The notes under the pieces are model-generated. The model was not told the DNA's origin. It saw only the letters and a list, made by a program, of their open reading frames with translations, and searched no databases. Positions 1 through 9,260 of a stretch of 64,000 nucleotides of DNA are shown one piece after another; the first letter of the stretch is position 1, and every line of letters starts with the position of its first letter. The stretch is from an archaeon (lineage in GTDB: Archaea > Nanobdellota > Nanobdellia > Pacearchaeales > GW2011-AR1). Made by a program: the position numbers and the translations under genes. The stretch spans positions 32,001-96,000 of the forward strand of contig JBDRNU010000025.1 in the NCBI GenBank assembly GCA_043810775.1, read 5' to 3'.

Positions 1-319
1 TTTTTGGTTTTGGATTAGCTAGTTTTTTGCTTGAAATCTGGGGGATGCCACAGACTAGTTCATTGTGGGGAAAACTCTGACAAACTTGTGGCTTGGATTT
101 ATATCCATGAGTATTGTGGATTGTGCAGGAGTTATCTGGCTCTAGAAATACACATCTTCCTTTTTTCTGCTTTAATCTAGCTACACTATTTTTAACTTCT
201 ACAAAATCATTTAAGCTATATCCTAGATTATTTACTTTTTTTATATCTTTAATATTTAGGGATATTCCCCATTTTTGACAGCATCTGCCGCATAAATTGC
301 ATTTTGAAATTATTTTCAT
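1..319 (-). CDS. YkgJ/UPF0153-type cysteine-cluster (CxxCxxCC) protein, 3' end outside window
   Basis: Not in ORF track. Manual translation from ATG at 319: MKIISKCNLCGRCCQKWG...GRCVFLEPDNSCTIH...KPQVCQSFP, the full YkgJ Cys pattern; frame stays open to position 1. Confidence 0.8.
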   Translation of the reverse strand, partial: MKIISKCNLCGRCCQKWGISLNIKDIKKVNNLGYSLNDFVEVKNSVARLKQKKGRCVFLEPDNSCTIHNTHGYKSKPQVCQSFPHNELVCGIPQISSKKLANPKPK

Positions 320-327
320 ATTATTCT

Positions 328-1002
328 CTAGGATTTTGATATAGCTTTAGTCAGCGCTTTTCCAGACTTGGCTCCCAGCTCTATGTCTGCTTTGTGCATA
401 GCTTCTTTCATTTTTTCCCGGTTTTCTTTTATCTGGTCGCCAAATACTTTCATAAATTGGTATAAGAAAATAAAAGCAGCAGCTATTATAATGAACGAAA
501 TTAGACTATACCACCAAGGCTTGTCTCCTAGGGCTATCCATATTAGAAATTTAGCAAATGTTTCAATTATTTTAAGTTGAGAGGCTATAATTAGCATTAA
601 AGCTGTTATCCCATATGAAATTGCTGAAGAAAAACTTGAGTAATTTTTGAATATTCCTCCAAGCATAAAGAAAAAGTAAAGCCATATTATTATAATTAGT
701 AGCAAGGTAAATGACAGTGAATATTCTTGCCCAAATGGAATCTTGAAGAAAATAAAACTAACTGCTTTTTGAGAAAAAAAACTGTTTATCCCAGCAATAT
801 ACTTATTTTCTAACATTGCTTTCTGTAATTCCTGCCCCAGATAGTCTAGGCTTACTTTACCTTCATATTTTACTGTTCCGAGGACATTGCCAGGGTCCTG
901 ATTTAGGACTGGGGGCAGGCCTGGAGGGGAGTCTTGAGCCAGGACTAGAGGAAGCAACAATAAAATCAAAATTAAAATAATATTATTTTTTAGCATTTTC
1001 AA
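328..1002 (-). CDS. Multi-pass membrane protein of unknown function (paralog of 2061-2624)
   Basis: Signal-like N-terminus, several hydrophobic segments, and IWxxxxxxxGxIF...F(S) and KAD...GKAL motifs shared with 2061-2624. Confidence 0.6.
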   Translation of the reverse strand: MKMLKNNIILILILLLLPLVLAQDSPPGLPPVLNQDPGNVLGTVKYEGKVSLDYLGQELQKAMLENKYIAGINSFFSQKAVSFIFFKIPFGQEYSLSFTLLLIIIIWLYFFFMLGGIFKNYSSFSSAISYGITALMLIIASQLKIIETFAKFLIWIALGDKPWWYSLISFIIIAAAFIFLYQFMKVFGDQIKENREKMKEAMHKADIELGAKSGKALTKAISKS

Positions 1003-1411
1003 CCAGCTTTTTAAGTTTAGGAAGCAAAGAAACCATAAAATGCAAGGTTTTTTTCGCGTCTTCTATGCTGACTTCTTTTCCATAGTATTTAATTCCATTT
1101 CTTATTTTTCTTAGATTGTCCAGAAAGATAATCTCTCCTTCACTAAATTCTTTGAATTTCCTAAGAAATAATATATTAGCTTCGTGTGAGTATGATTTGT
1201 ATCCAGAAAGTGAGAGCTTAGCTTCAATTAGCTCTCTAATAATATCATAAATATCTGCTGTTATATGCTCTGCAGATTCTTCATTTATTTGTTGTTTTTT
1301 AATATAACCTTCACTTTTTTTACTTGATTTTATTAGGGCTTTTGCTAGAATTTCATTTTTTTCCTGCTTTCTTACATCACCAGTTTTTATAAAATCTTCA
1401 AACTCCTTCAT
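983..1411 (-). CDS. HEPN-domain protein (toxin of MNT-HEPN pair)
   Basis: 142 aa helical protein with GYKSYSH and LRKIRNGIKYYG (Rx4-6Y/H HEPN-like motif); overlaps the upstream MNT gene by ATGA. Confidence 0.7.
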   Translation of the reverse strand: MKEFEDFIKTGDVRKQEKNEILAKALIKSSKKSEGYIKKQQINEESAEHITADIYDIIRELIEAKLSLSGYKSYSHEANILFLRKFKEFSEGEIIFLDNLRKIRNGIKYYGKEVSIEDAKKTLHFMVSLLPKLKKLVENAKK

Positions 1412-1926
1412 TTTATACTAATATATCCTGATAAGATTATACCATTTATAATGCTTTCTTTTAGTTCTTTAGTAAGCTTATCAAAACTAATAAATTCTAT
1501 ATTTACTCTTCTATTTAGTTTTTTTTCATAATTTTCTAAGTCTAATTTTTTTTCTTTCGACTCTATTGCTATGTCAATGTCTGATTTTTCTATGTCTTCT
1601 CCCCGAGAATAAGAGCCAAATAAAGTAATATTACTTAGTGGGAAATTATCATGGAGATAATTAAATAATCCAGAGGTGTGTATTGCTCCTAAGTTAGCTA
1701 TTCTTTTAATATTCTTGAATGCTTGATTAGATAGGTTTGCTTGAACTGTGTGAATAAACTTTTTTTCTACAGTGACAAGATTTTCATTTTCCAAATGTTT
1801 TAGTGCTTTTGATACTGCTGGCGGAGAGATTTTTAAAATTCTAGAAATTTCCCTAATATGGAAATTTCTGGTTGGAAAACTAAAAAACAATTCAAGAATT
1901 TTATCTTTCGTATCTGTATTTTTCAT
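1408..1926 (-). CDS. HTH + minimal nucleotidyltransferase (MNT antitoxin)
   Basis: N-terminal wHTH (FHIREISRILKISPPAVSKAL) and LFGSYSRG...SDIDI pol-beta NTase motif. Confidence 0.85.
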   Translation of the reverse strand: MKNTDTKDKILELFFSFPTRNFHIREISRILKISPPAVSKALKHLENENLVTVEKKFIHTVQANLSNQAFKNIKRIANLGAIHTSGLFNYLHDNFPLSNITLFGSYSRGEDIEKSDIDIAIESKEKKLDLENYEKKLNRRVNIEFISFDKLTKELKESIINGIILSGYISIK

Positions 1927-1947
1927 TTAACTAGTTTGTTGTTAATA

Positions 1948-1969
1948 TAAAATTACAATTGTAATTTTA
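1948..1969. promoter_or_regulatory. Perfect 22-bp palindrome upstream of MNT-HEPN operon, candidate autoregulatory operator
   Basis: TAAAATTACAATTGTAATTTTA is self-complementary and lies 22 bp upstream of the MNT start; very AT-rich. Confidence 0.45.
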
Positions 1970-2060
1970 AATTTATATTTGTTAATTTAAGTAAACAATA
2001 GTTTTTAAACCTTTTGCTTGCTACTAAATAAAAAAAGAACTAAATTAAAAAAATAAAAAA

Positions 2061-2624
2061 TTAAATTTTCTCTAAAGCTTTTCCTGCTGCACCTAGACCT
2101 TTTATTGTTCCTGCTAGCTTTGTTCCTCCAGCATCTGCTTTAGATGCATGTTCCATAGCTCTTCTTCTCATTAGCCATGGCCCCAAACGAGTTATCCCAA
2201 GATTAACTGCAACGAAAGCAACTAGTGCTGCTCCAAGTGCAAGCCAGACTGCGAACGCTCCTGCAAAAGCCATTACTCCAGTTACCCAAGCTATCATTAC
2301 TACTGAAAACCCTACATTAGCAGCGATTATTCCGACTAATACTGCAACTACCCAGGATACCCATTTTGAAAAAGTAGTGAATGTTGCAAAGATATCCCCG
2401 AATGTCAACACTATCATTCCCCATACAGCAACTGTAACTATTGCTGCGCTAATGGCATTATCAGATATGTCTGCTGGTATTTTACCGAAAATATATTTCA
2501 GAGCATTGAGCCAAGAACCTGCTCCAAGTGAGCTCCATTCAACAGTTGACCCAATTGCCATAACTGCTACAGGCATTACTAGTAAAGCTAAAATACTGAA
2601 CACATAAACTTTTTTCCAGCTCAT
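2061..2624 (-). CDS. Multi-pass membrane protein of unknown function
   Basis: 187 aa with about five hydrophobic helices; SD-like AAAGGAGG upstream; similar to 328-1002. Confidence 0.65.
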   Translation of the reverse strand: MSWKKVYVFSILALLVMPVAVMAIGSTVEWSSLGAGSWLNALKYIFGKIPADISDNAISAAIVTVAVWGMIVLTFGDIFATFTTFSKWVSWVVAVLVGIIAANVGFSVVMIAWVTGVMAFAGAFAVWLALGAALVAFVAVNLGITRLGPWLMRRRAMEHASKADAGGTKLAGTIKGLGAAGKALEKI

Positions 2625-2782
2625 ATTTTGAACCTCCTTTTAATATTAATTAGTTATCGATAGAGTTATTTATAAATGTTTTTGTTTTTTATTCATCAAT
2701 TTTAGGTGATGAAGATTGCGAGTTAGAAATATTTATAAAGGTTCCTTCTTTTAATAAAGAAGCAAAACACGATTAAAATAAA

Positions 2783-3604
2783 ATGAATAAAAAGAGGCTT
2801 GCAGTATTCGCATTATTTTTAGTTAGCTTAATTTTAGTTGCAAGTTTTGTTCTTGCTGCTCCATCTAGTGTAAATACCAATGCTATTCCTGAAAAAATTG
2901 GAAAGGTAATTACTGATGTAGTTGCAGGAGCCAATCCTATTCTCACTCCATTATTGGGAGAGTCTCCTGGGGGAGAGCATTTATTTGGGAAGCTTTTGCT
3001 TGGATTAATTTTATTTTCTATAATCTGGATTGTGCTGTCTCAGGTTGATTTTTTCCAAGGAACTACCTGGGCGATTGTTATTGTAAGTGTTGCTGTTACA
3101 ATTTTAGGTGTAAGATGGTTAACTACTCCTGCTTTAATTGACACCATTATTCTTCCGTATTCAGCTTTGGCAATTGCAGTTACAGCTGGACTGCCTTTTG
3201 TAATATTTTTCTTGCTGGTTAATGTTGGGTTTAAGGACCCTAGTGGAAGTTCTTACAAGACATTTAGAAGAATAGCTTGGATATTTTTTGCTGTAATTTT
3301 TGTTGGATTATGGTTTACTAGATATGATGACCTAACTGCACAGGGTTCGCTTGCTGGATGGATTTATCCAATTACTGTGTTGGCTGCAGTAGCTATGGCT
3401 GTTATTGATGGAACTATTCAGAGGTTTTTTAAGAAATTACATCTTGAAAAATTTGAAGCTGCTACTGAACAAGAGCTCAGGGATAAAATACTAAGAAAAA
3501 TTACTGAAGCTAATGATGATTATAGTTCTCATATTATCTCTATTGAAGAAAGAAACAGGAGAATTAATAAGCTTACAAGAGAGCTTGCTAAGATAGGCAG
3601 ATAA
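2783..3604 (+). CDS. Multi-pass membrane protein with C-terminal coiled tail (paralog of 3647-4405)
   Basis: ILPYSALAIAVTAGLPFVIFF, RRIAWIFFAVIFVGLW and DGTIQR align with the neighbouring gene. Confidence 0.7.
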   Translation: MNKKRLAVFALFLVSLILVASFVLAAPSSVNTNAIPEKIGKVITDVVAGANPILTPLLGESPGGEHLFGKLLLGLILFSIIWIVLSQVDFFQGTTWAIVIVSVAVTILGVRWLTTPALIDTIILPYSALAIAVTAGLPFVIFFLLVNVGFKDPSGSSYKTFRRIAWIFFAVIFVGLWFTRYDDLTAQGSLAGWIYPITVLAAVAMAVIDGTIQRFFKKLHLEKFEAATEQELRDKILRKITEANDDYSSHIISIEERNRRINKLTRELAKIGR

Positions 3605-3646
3605 ATAACTCAAAATATTTATAAACTTCTTATTTCTAATAAACTT

Positions 3647-4405
3647 ATGAAAAGAGGGTTAATTGCAGGAGTATTTTTTATAGTTTTATTAGCTAGTCTG
3701 GTTTCTGCCCAGCTTGGAATTAATTTAGCTGAAGGTTCTGCAAATTTTGCAAAAATTTTGCAAGATGCTTTTGGACCTGCTTTATCTATATTATTTGGAA
3801 GCGGAGAGTATATTTTCGAGAGATTTTTGCTTTTTTTAATTGTACTGGCTGTTGTATTTGTAGTGCTTGATAAGGTTCCCGCATTTCAGGAAAGAATGGG
3901 AGTTATATGGATAATTGCCTTTGCAGTAGCTATTCTTTCCACTAGATTTTTATCCAGTGTGCAGACTCTTTACGGAATAATTCTGCCTTATGGGGTTTTG
4001 GGGGTGGCTTTAACTTCACTTTTGCCAATGTTGATATTTTTCTACTTTGTTGAAAGTTTTACAAGCCCGACTGTCAGAAAGCTTGCATGGGTGCTTTTTG
4101 CAGTTGTATTTTTTGGATTGTGGATAGAGTTTTATCCTAAGCTTGGAAATATAGTCTGGATATATTTTGCTACCGGCATTCTAGCCTTGATATTATTTTT
4201 AGCTGATGGAACTGTCAGGAGAGCTTTGAGAAATCAGGAAATGGCTCAACTAGGAGATTGGAAGAGGATTGATTATGAGAGAAAAATAAGAAAAGATATG
4301 GATGAGTTAAATGATGACCTTATTAAAGGGAGAATAACTAAAGGAGATTATTATTCCATAAAGAGAAGACTAAAATCCAGATTGAAATCATTAAGAAAAC
4401 TTTGA
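3647..4405 (+). CDS. Multi-pass membrane protein (paralog of 2783-3604)
   Basis: ILPYGVLGVALTSLLPMLIFF, RKLAWVLFAVVFFGLW and DGTVRR motifs. Confidence 0.7.
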   Translation: MKRGLIAGVFFIVLLASLVSAQLGINLAEGSANFAKILQDAFGPALSILFGSGEYIFERFLLFLIVLAVVFVVLDKVPAFQERMGVIWIIAFAVAILSTRFLSSVQTLYGIILPYGVLGVALTSLLPMLIFFYFVESFTSPTVRKLAWVLFAVVFFGLWIEFYPKLGNIVWIYFATGILALILFLADGTVRRALRNQEMAQLGDWKRIDYERKIRKDMDELNDDLIKGRITKGDYYSIKRRLKSRLKSLRKL

Positions 4406-4660
4406 TTATTTAGCTTTTTCCCGCCTATAACCTATAATCTTATTTTTGTGATAAATTGGAACTTCGTTTTGCTTGTGCCTTGCTTTTCCAGAGAAACCCT
4501 GAGATGCAAAAACTGCTCCAAGAATTATTAAAATCAAGCCCACTATCATTGTATAAGCTGGAGGAAGATTTTTCAGAACAGGAATATTAGATGATGTAAA
4601 TCCTAGGATTAGTATTACTACTCCTACTGCCGCAATAATATAATAGAGCAACTTATTCAT
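4406..4660 (-). CDS. Small two-TM membrane protein
   Basis: 84 aa, two hydrophobic helices, C-terminal EVPIYHKNKIIGYRR; SD-like GAGGT upstream. Confidence 0.6.
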   Translation of the reverse strand: MNKLLYYIIAAVGVVILILGFTSSNIPVLKNLPPAYTMIVGLILIILGAVFASQGFSGKARHKQNEVPIYHKNKIIGYRREKAK

Positions 4661-4736
4661 TTTCTACCTCTTTGATGATTATATTAGTTTCCTATTATTT
4701 ATAAATGTTTTTAAATGGCTTTAACTTTTAGATAAA

Positions 4737-5486
4737 ATGAGTTATGATACAATAGGAAAAATAGCTATTTTGAAGTTAGAAGGCACTTTATCTCAAAGAA
4801 AAAAACTAGCTAGTGGAATACTAAAAGAGAGAAAAAATATTAAGACAGTAGTTGAAAAGAGCGAGAAAGTTCAAGGAAGATTAAGAGTTCCAAAATTTAG
4901 GCATCTGGCAGGGGATAAAACTTTAGAGACTATACATATTGAATCTGGCTGCAGGTTTAAGCTGAATATAGGGAGCTGTTATTTTTCTCCGAGATTAAGC
5001 TTTCAGAGACTGGAGATAGCTAAGCAATGCAAAAAATCAGATAAGGTTCTAGTGTTATTTGCAGGAGTGGCTCCTTATTCAATTATTATAGCTAAGAAAG
5101 CTGGTTCGAGAGTGACAAGTGTAGAGCTAGGAAGAGAGTGCAGTAAATATGCAAGAGAAAATGTAAGGCTGAATAAATTGAGCAATGTTGAAGTTATCCA
5201 GAAGGATGTTAAGAAATTAAAGCTAAGCGAGAAATTTGACAGGATAGTAATGCCAAGACCTCAGCTAAAAGAATCTTTCTTGCGATATATCTGGCCTATG
5301 ACTAAGAAAGGAACTTTAGTTTATTTTTACGATTTTTCTAAGCAAGACAAGCTTGGAAAATTGCTTGAGAGAATTTATAAAGAAAGCACTCACTCTAGGA
5401 TAAAAATAAAAATATTAAAAATAAAGAAAGCTAGTGAGATTGCACCTTACAAGTATATGTACAGGGTTGAGTTTAGAGTTTTGTAG
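4737..5486 (+). CDS. Trm5/TYW2 (Met-10-like) SAM-dependent tRNA-modifying enzyme
   Basis: YDTIGKIAI, G-R-L-R, TIHIESG, YFSPRL, VLVLFAGVAPYSI (motif I) and FDRIVMP; lacks the N-terminal D1 domain. Confidence 0.85.
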   Translation: MSYDTIGKIAILKLEGTLSQRKKLASGILKERKNIKTVVEKSEKVQGRLRVPKFRHLAGDKTLETIHIESGCRFKLNIGSCYFSPRLSFQRLEIAKQCKKSDKVLVLFAGVAPYSIIIAKKAGSRVTSVELGRECSKYARENVRLNKLSNVEVIQKDVKKLKLSEKFDRIVMPRPQLKESFLRYIWPMTKKGTLVYFYDFSKQDKLGKLLERIYKESTHSRIKIKILKIKKASEIAPYKYMYRVEFRVL

Positions 5487-6036
5487 GGCTTAAATAAATC
5501 CACCATTTTTCTAAGTCAACTTTTACCCCTAAATCTACTTCATCTTCTGATATTTTTAGTGTGGCCATAATACCTAGTTGATGCTTGTCACTCATCCTAA
5601 ATCTTCTTACTCCTATATCTCTTACATATTCTATAAATTCCTTCATCAACTGCTCTGCATGTTTATTACCTCTTTTTTCTTCTATAATATTAAATGAGAA
5701 AACATGCCCATCAGTGCCTTCTTTGTTTTTATATTCCTGAAATGCTATGTCCCCCATAATCTCACCATCTGAATAAAATAAAACTGAGTCATAGCCATTT
5801 TTCAAGAAAGCTTCTAAATTTTGACTTTCACTTTTCTCAAGCTCTTATCTTAAACTTAAGGTTTTTCTTCCAAATTCAGACTTAGGATTTGCGTTCAGAA
5901 TCTGTTTAATTATGTACTCTCTTAATAAATTATCAATTCCATATAACCCATCGCCGAAAAATAGAGCAGATTGAATTTCCATTAAGCTATTAAAAAGGCC
6001 TCTTTTAAAAAGATTACTGTTAATGATGTCAACCAA
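5473..6036 (-). pseudogene. GNAT-like protein interrupted by an in-frame TAA at 5845-5847 (paralog of 7147-7803)
   Basis: ORFs 5845-6036 and 5473-5805 share a frame; read-through gives ANPKSEFGRKTLSLR*ELEKSESQNLEAFLKNGYDSVLFYSDGEIMG, colinear without gaps with AEPDSNFVKKNAELINAIKEGNSDHLKEFKAKKYNALLIYSDGEIIG. Confidence 0.7.
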
Positions 6037-6050
6037 AATAGTTATAAATC

Positions 6051-7172
6051 ATGATTAATTTAGTGAGTGAGATGATAAGCAAAAAAGTAATGAAAATGGA
6101 CGTAAGCGGAGTGAGGAGAATGTTTGAGCTAGCTTCCAAGCTGAAAAATCCTATTGATTTGACCATAGGCCTGCCTGATTTTGATGTGCCTAGTGAGGTT
6201 AAGGAAGAGGCAATTAAAGCGATAAGGGAAGGCAAGAATAGGTATACAAAAACTGCTGGAATTGACGAGCTAAAAGAAAAAATAATCAAGAAATATGAAA
6301 AAGAAAAAATTGACGTAAAAAATGAGCAGATTATAATTACTTCTGCTGGTTCAGGAGCTTTATCAATAATTCTAACAACAATCATTGAGAAGGATGATGA
6401 GGTTTTAATTTTTGATCCGTATTTTGTTTCTTATAAACAGCTAGTAATTCAAAATGAGGGAAAGCCTGTTTTTGTTAATTGCAATGAGGATTTTTCTCCG
6501 GACCTTGAAGATTTAGAGAAAAAAATAACTCCTAAGACAAAGGCAATTATAATTAATTCCCCGAATAATCCAACTGGCAAGGTATATTCTGAAAATGAAA
6601 TGAGAAAAATTGCCCAGATTGCTGACAAAAATAAGTTATTAGTCATTTCAGATGAGGTTTATGATGAATTTTGCTATGATTTTCCGTATTTTAGGATAAG
6701 CAAGATATACAAAAATACAGCAACTATAAATGCTTTTTCAAAGTCTCATGCAATGACTGGCTGGCGAGTTGGATATCTAATAGCTAGGAAAGATATTGTA
6801 GAGCAGGCAATAAAAGTCCAGCAATATAATTTTGTATGCGCGCCTACACCATTTCAGCATGCAGCACTAAAAGCCATGGATATTAGCATAAAAAATAAGA
6901 TTAAAGAATATAAGAAAAAGCGAGATATAATTTATGAAGGGCTGAAAAACAATTATAAATTTGAAAAGCCAGAGGGGGCATTTTATGCTTTTATTGAGTA
7001 TCCTTATGACTCTGAAAAGTTTATGAAGAGATGCCTAGATAATGAGCTATTGGTAGTTCCAGGAAATGTTTTTTCAGAGAGAAATACTCATTTTAGGATT
7101 TCATTTGCAACTAGCGACGAGACTTTAAAGAAGGCAGTTGAAGTTCTTAATTTGATTTCTGAGGAAAATTAA
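6051..7172 (+). CDS. PLP-dependent class I/II aminotransferase (aspartate aminotransferase family); start may be 6072
   Basis: IIINSPNNPTG, VISDEVY, AFSKSHAMTGWRVGY (PLP lysine), PEGAFY and HFRISFA. Confidence 0.93.
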   Translation: MINLVSEMISKKVMKMDVSGVRRMFELASKLKNPIDLTIGLPDFDVPSEVKEEAIKAIREGKNRYTKTAGIDELKEKIIKKYEKEKIDVKNEQIIITSAGSGALSIILTTIIEKDDEVLIFDPYFVSYKQLVIQNEGKPVFVNCNEDFSPDLEDLEKKITPKTKAIIINSPNNPTGKVYSENEMRKIAQIADKNKLLVISDEVYDEFCYDFPYFRISKIYKNTATINAFSKSHAMTGWRVGYLIARKDIVEQAIKVQQYNFVCAPTPFQHAALKAMDISIKNKIKEYKKKRDIIYEGLKNNYKFEKPEGAFYAFIEYPYDSEKFMKRCLDNELLVVPGNVFSERNTHFRISFATSDETLKKAVEVLNLISEEN

Positions 7173-7803
7173 CCTCTCCATTTATTAGAGTAACTAAATT
7201 AGTGTTAGAGGTAATATGGCCTTTAGGGCATACTGGTGATGGTAAAACTCCATCAATGTAGATTACATCTCTGAAGCAGGAGGGGCAGAGTTGTCTTATT
7301 TTTTCATCAGATTTTTGGAGCAGATAAGCCCACCAGTTTTCCATATCAACTACTGTTCCGAATGTTTTATTCCACCTTCGCAATCCTTTCATTGCAGTTA
7401 TTCCTGATTTATGCTTTCGGCTAAATCTTAATCTGTCTGCTTTTTGCAATCTGCCATGCTCTACTATTCCTTTTAAAAGAGCTTTTAGATTTGACACACT
7501 TCTATGTCCTTCTACTAGATAGCCTTGGATTATTCCTAGATGGGATAAATTATCTTGAAAGTGATGCTGATATCCAGCATGCCCTATAATTTCACCGTCA
7601 GAATAAATTAATAGAGCATTATACTTTTTTGCTTTAAACTCTTTAAGATGGTCTGAATTTCCTTCTTTGATTGCATTAATTAGTTCAGCATTTTTCTTAA
7701 CAAAGTTAGAGTCTGGTTCTGCTTGTTTTAATAAGTCTAGGGCATAGCTTAGTGCTTGGGGGCTTGTTGGGTGTTCATTAAAGAATGATTCATAAGTGAT
7801 CAT
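7147..7803 (-). CDS. GNAT-like fold protein with C-terminal zinc ribbon
   Basis: YSDGEIIGHAGY beta-hairpin pattern typical of GNATs; C-terminal CPSC...CPKGH. The fold call is tentative. Confidence 0.45.
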   Translation of the reverse strand: MITYESFFNEHPTSPQALSYALDLLKQAEPDSNFVKKNAELINAIKEGNSDHLKEFKAKKYNALLIYSDGEIIGHAGYQHHFQDNLSHLGIIQGYLVEGHRSVSNLKALLKGIVEHGRLQKADRLRFSRKHKSGITAMKGLRRWNKTFGTVVDMENWWAYLLQKSDEKIRQLCPSCFRDVIYIDGVLPSPVCPKGHITSNTNLVTLINGEVNFPQKSN

Positions 7804-7847
7804 ATTTAACTTTTGTATTAAGGGTTTATAAGAATTTCTAGCTTTAA

Positions 7848-9161
7848 TTATAATCTTCGTTCAACCCGGATTGCAGTTGGAGCTTCTCCACCATGCCAAG
7901 TTAATCTTGGATGAACACGCATAGGATAGATTCTTTCTGAATTATCATCTAGAATAATAGCAGAACCTTTTAAATTTGGAAGGTCATCAAGATATTTTTT
8001 AATGTTATCAATAAGATATGACTGCATCATATCATTTAGGGCTTTTATATCAGGCATTGCTGTTACTCTGTGAGAGATTACAATATCTGATTGCGTAATT
8101 GCATCGCGATGAAGAGCACCTGGTTGCTGTGTTGCCATTACCATTGAGATTCCTGGCTGACGCCCTTCTCGCAACAGCTGGATTAGAGCGTCGGTAGCAG
8201 GGGTTTTTCCTGTTTCTGGAATAAATTCGTGAACTTCATCAATGAATATCCAGACTAGTGGAGTTTCACGTTTTTGTTTTATAGCCAGATAATCGATTCC
8301 GTGATGAAGGGCTTCAAGCTCTTCTTTTTTTCTGGCAAGCATTCTTTCGTTGAATAGCTTTCTGCAAATCAAACTTATAACTAGTGCACGGACATTAAAA
8401 GCGCCGACTGAATTATATACTGATAGGTCTAGAATAGTGGTAGTTCCTGCTGATAGCAACTCAGTAATTTCAGTGCCTTTTTCTTTTTTTTCAGAAAAAA
8501 CTTTCCAAGTGAGAGCGGCTTCAAACAAACCAGCAGCGGCATTTTTTTCTGATTTATCTGAGTGAGAGTCTGATTGGATTAGGGAAATAATATCTTCAAT
8601 ATCAAAATCTTGAGAAGATTCCTTTAGCTCGTTTATTTTTCTTTCAATTAAAATTGAGATAGGATTAGTCATTTCTAAATTAAATGTAATAATCCAGTCT
8701 TCTGGATTCATCTCGCTTGGTTTGATTGAGAATTTTTTATCCACTGGAATCCCGCGTGATTCATATTCTGAGAAGTGACCCTGGGGAGCAAAAACTGTTA
8801 TAGGGAGCTCTTTTGGCTTTAGCTGCCATTCACTAAGAAGCTCTTTTTCTTTTTCATTTTTATATTTCATTGTCCAGAAGATTCCCATTGTATCAAAAAT
8901 CAAGGGAGCAATGTTTTGAGCTACTTCTTTAGGCAGAGAAGATATTTCTTCTGCTATTGTTCCCAGAGTGTAAGACTTTCCAGAACCTCTCTTGCCAGCT
9001 ACTAGAATTACATGCGATCGGGCGACATCAAGATGAATAGGATTAGATAAAGAGGTATACTGCCCCATTTTTACATATCCTTTTCCAAGATAGATTAGCC
9101 CTTTGTTTCCAAACCTCTTTTTATCTGCATCATCTCTTCCCACTATTATATCATATGGCAT
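7848..9161 (-). CDS. HerA/FtsK-superfamily ATPase (DUF87-type)
   Basis: Walker A HVILVAGKRGSGKS, Walker B WIFIDEVH, LLREGRQPG and MATQQP. Confidence 0.88.
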   Translation of the reverse strand: MPYDIIVGRDDADKKRFGNKGLIYLGKGYVKMGQYTSLSNPIHLDVARSHVILVAGKRGSGKSYTLGTIAEEISSLPKEVAQNIAPLIFDTMGIFWTMKYKNEKEKELLSEWQLKPKELPITVFAPQGHFSEYESRGIPVDKKFSIKPSEMNPEDWIITFNLEMTNPISILIERKINELKESSQDFDIEDIISLIQSDSHSDKSEKNAAAGLFEAALTWKVFSEKKEKGTEITELLSAGTTTILDLSVYNSVGAFNVRALVISLICRKLFNERMLARKKEELEALHHGIDYLAIKQKRETPLVWIFIDEVHEFIPETGKTPATDALIQLLREGRQPGISMVMATQQPGALHRDAITQSDIVISHRVTAMPDIKALNDMMQSYLIDNIKKYLDDLPNLKGSAIILDDNSERIYPMRVHPRLTWHGGEAPTAIRVERRL

Positions 9162-9260
9162 TTTCTCTTTAATAATATATTTTCTAAGTTTAATAAGGTT
9201 TTGTGTATTCAGGGTTACCGTAAGGTTTTTAAATAAAGTTTTCTTGCAATCTTAAATCAA

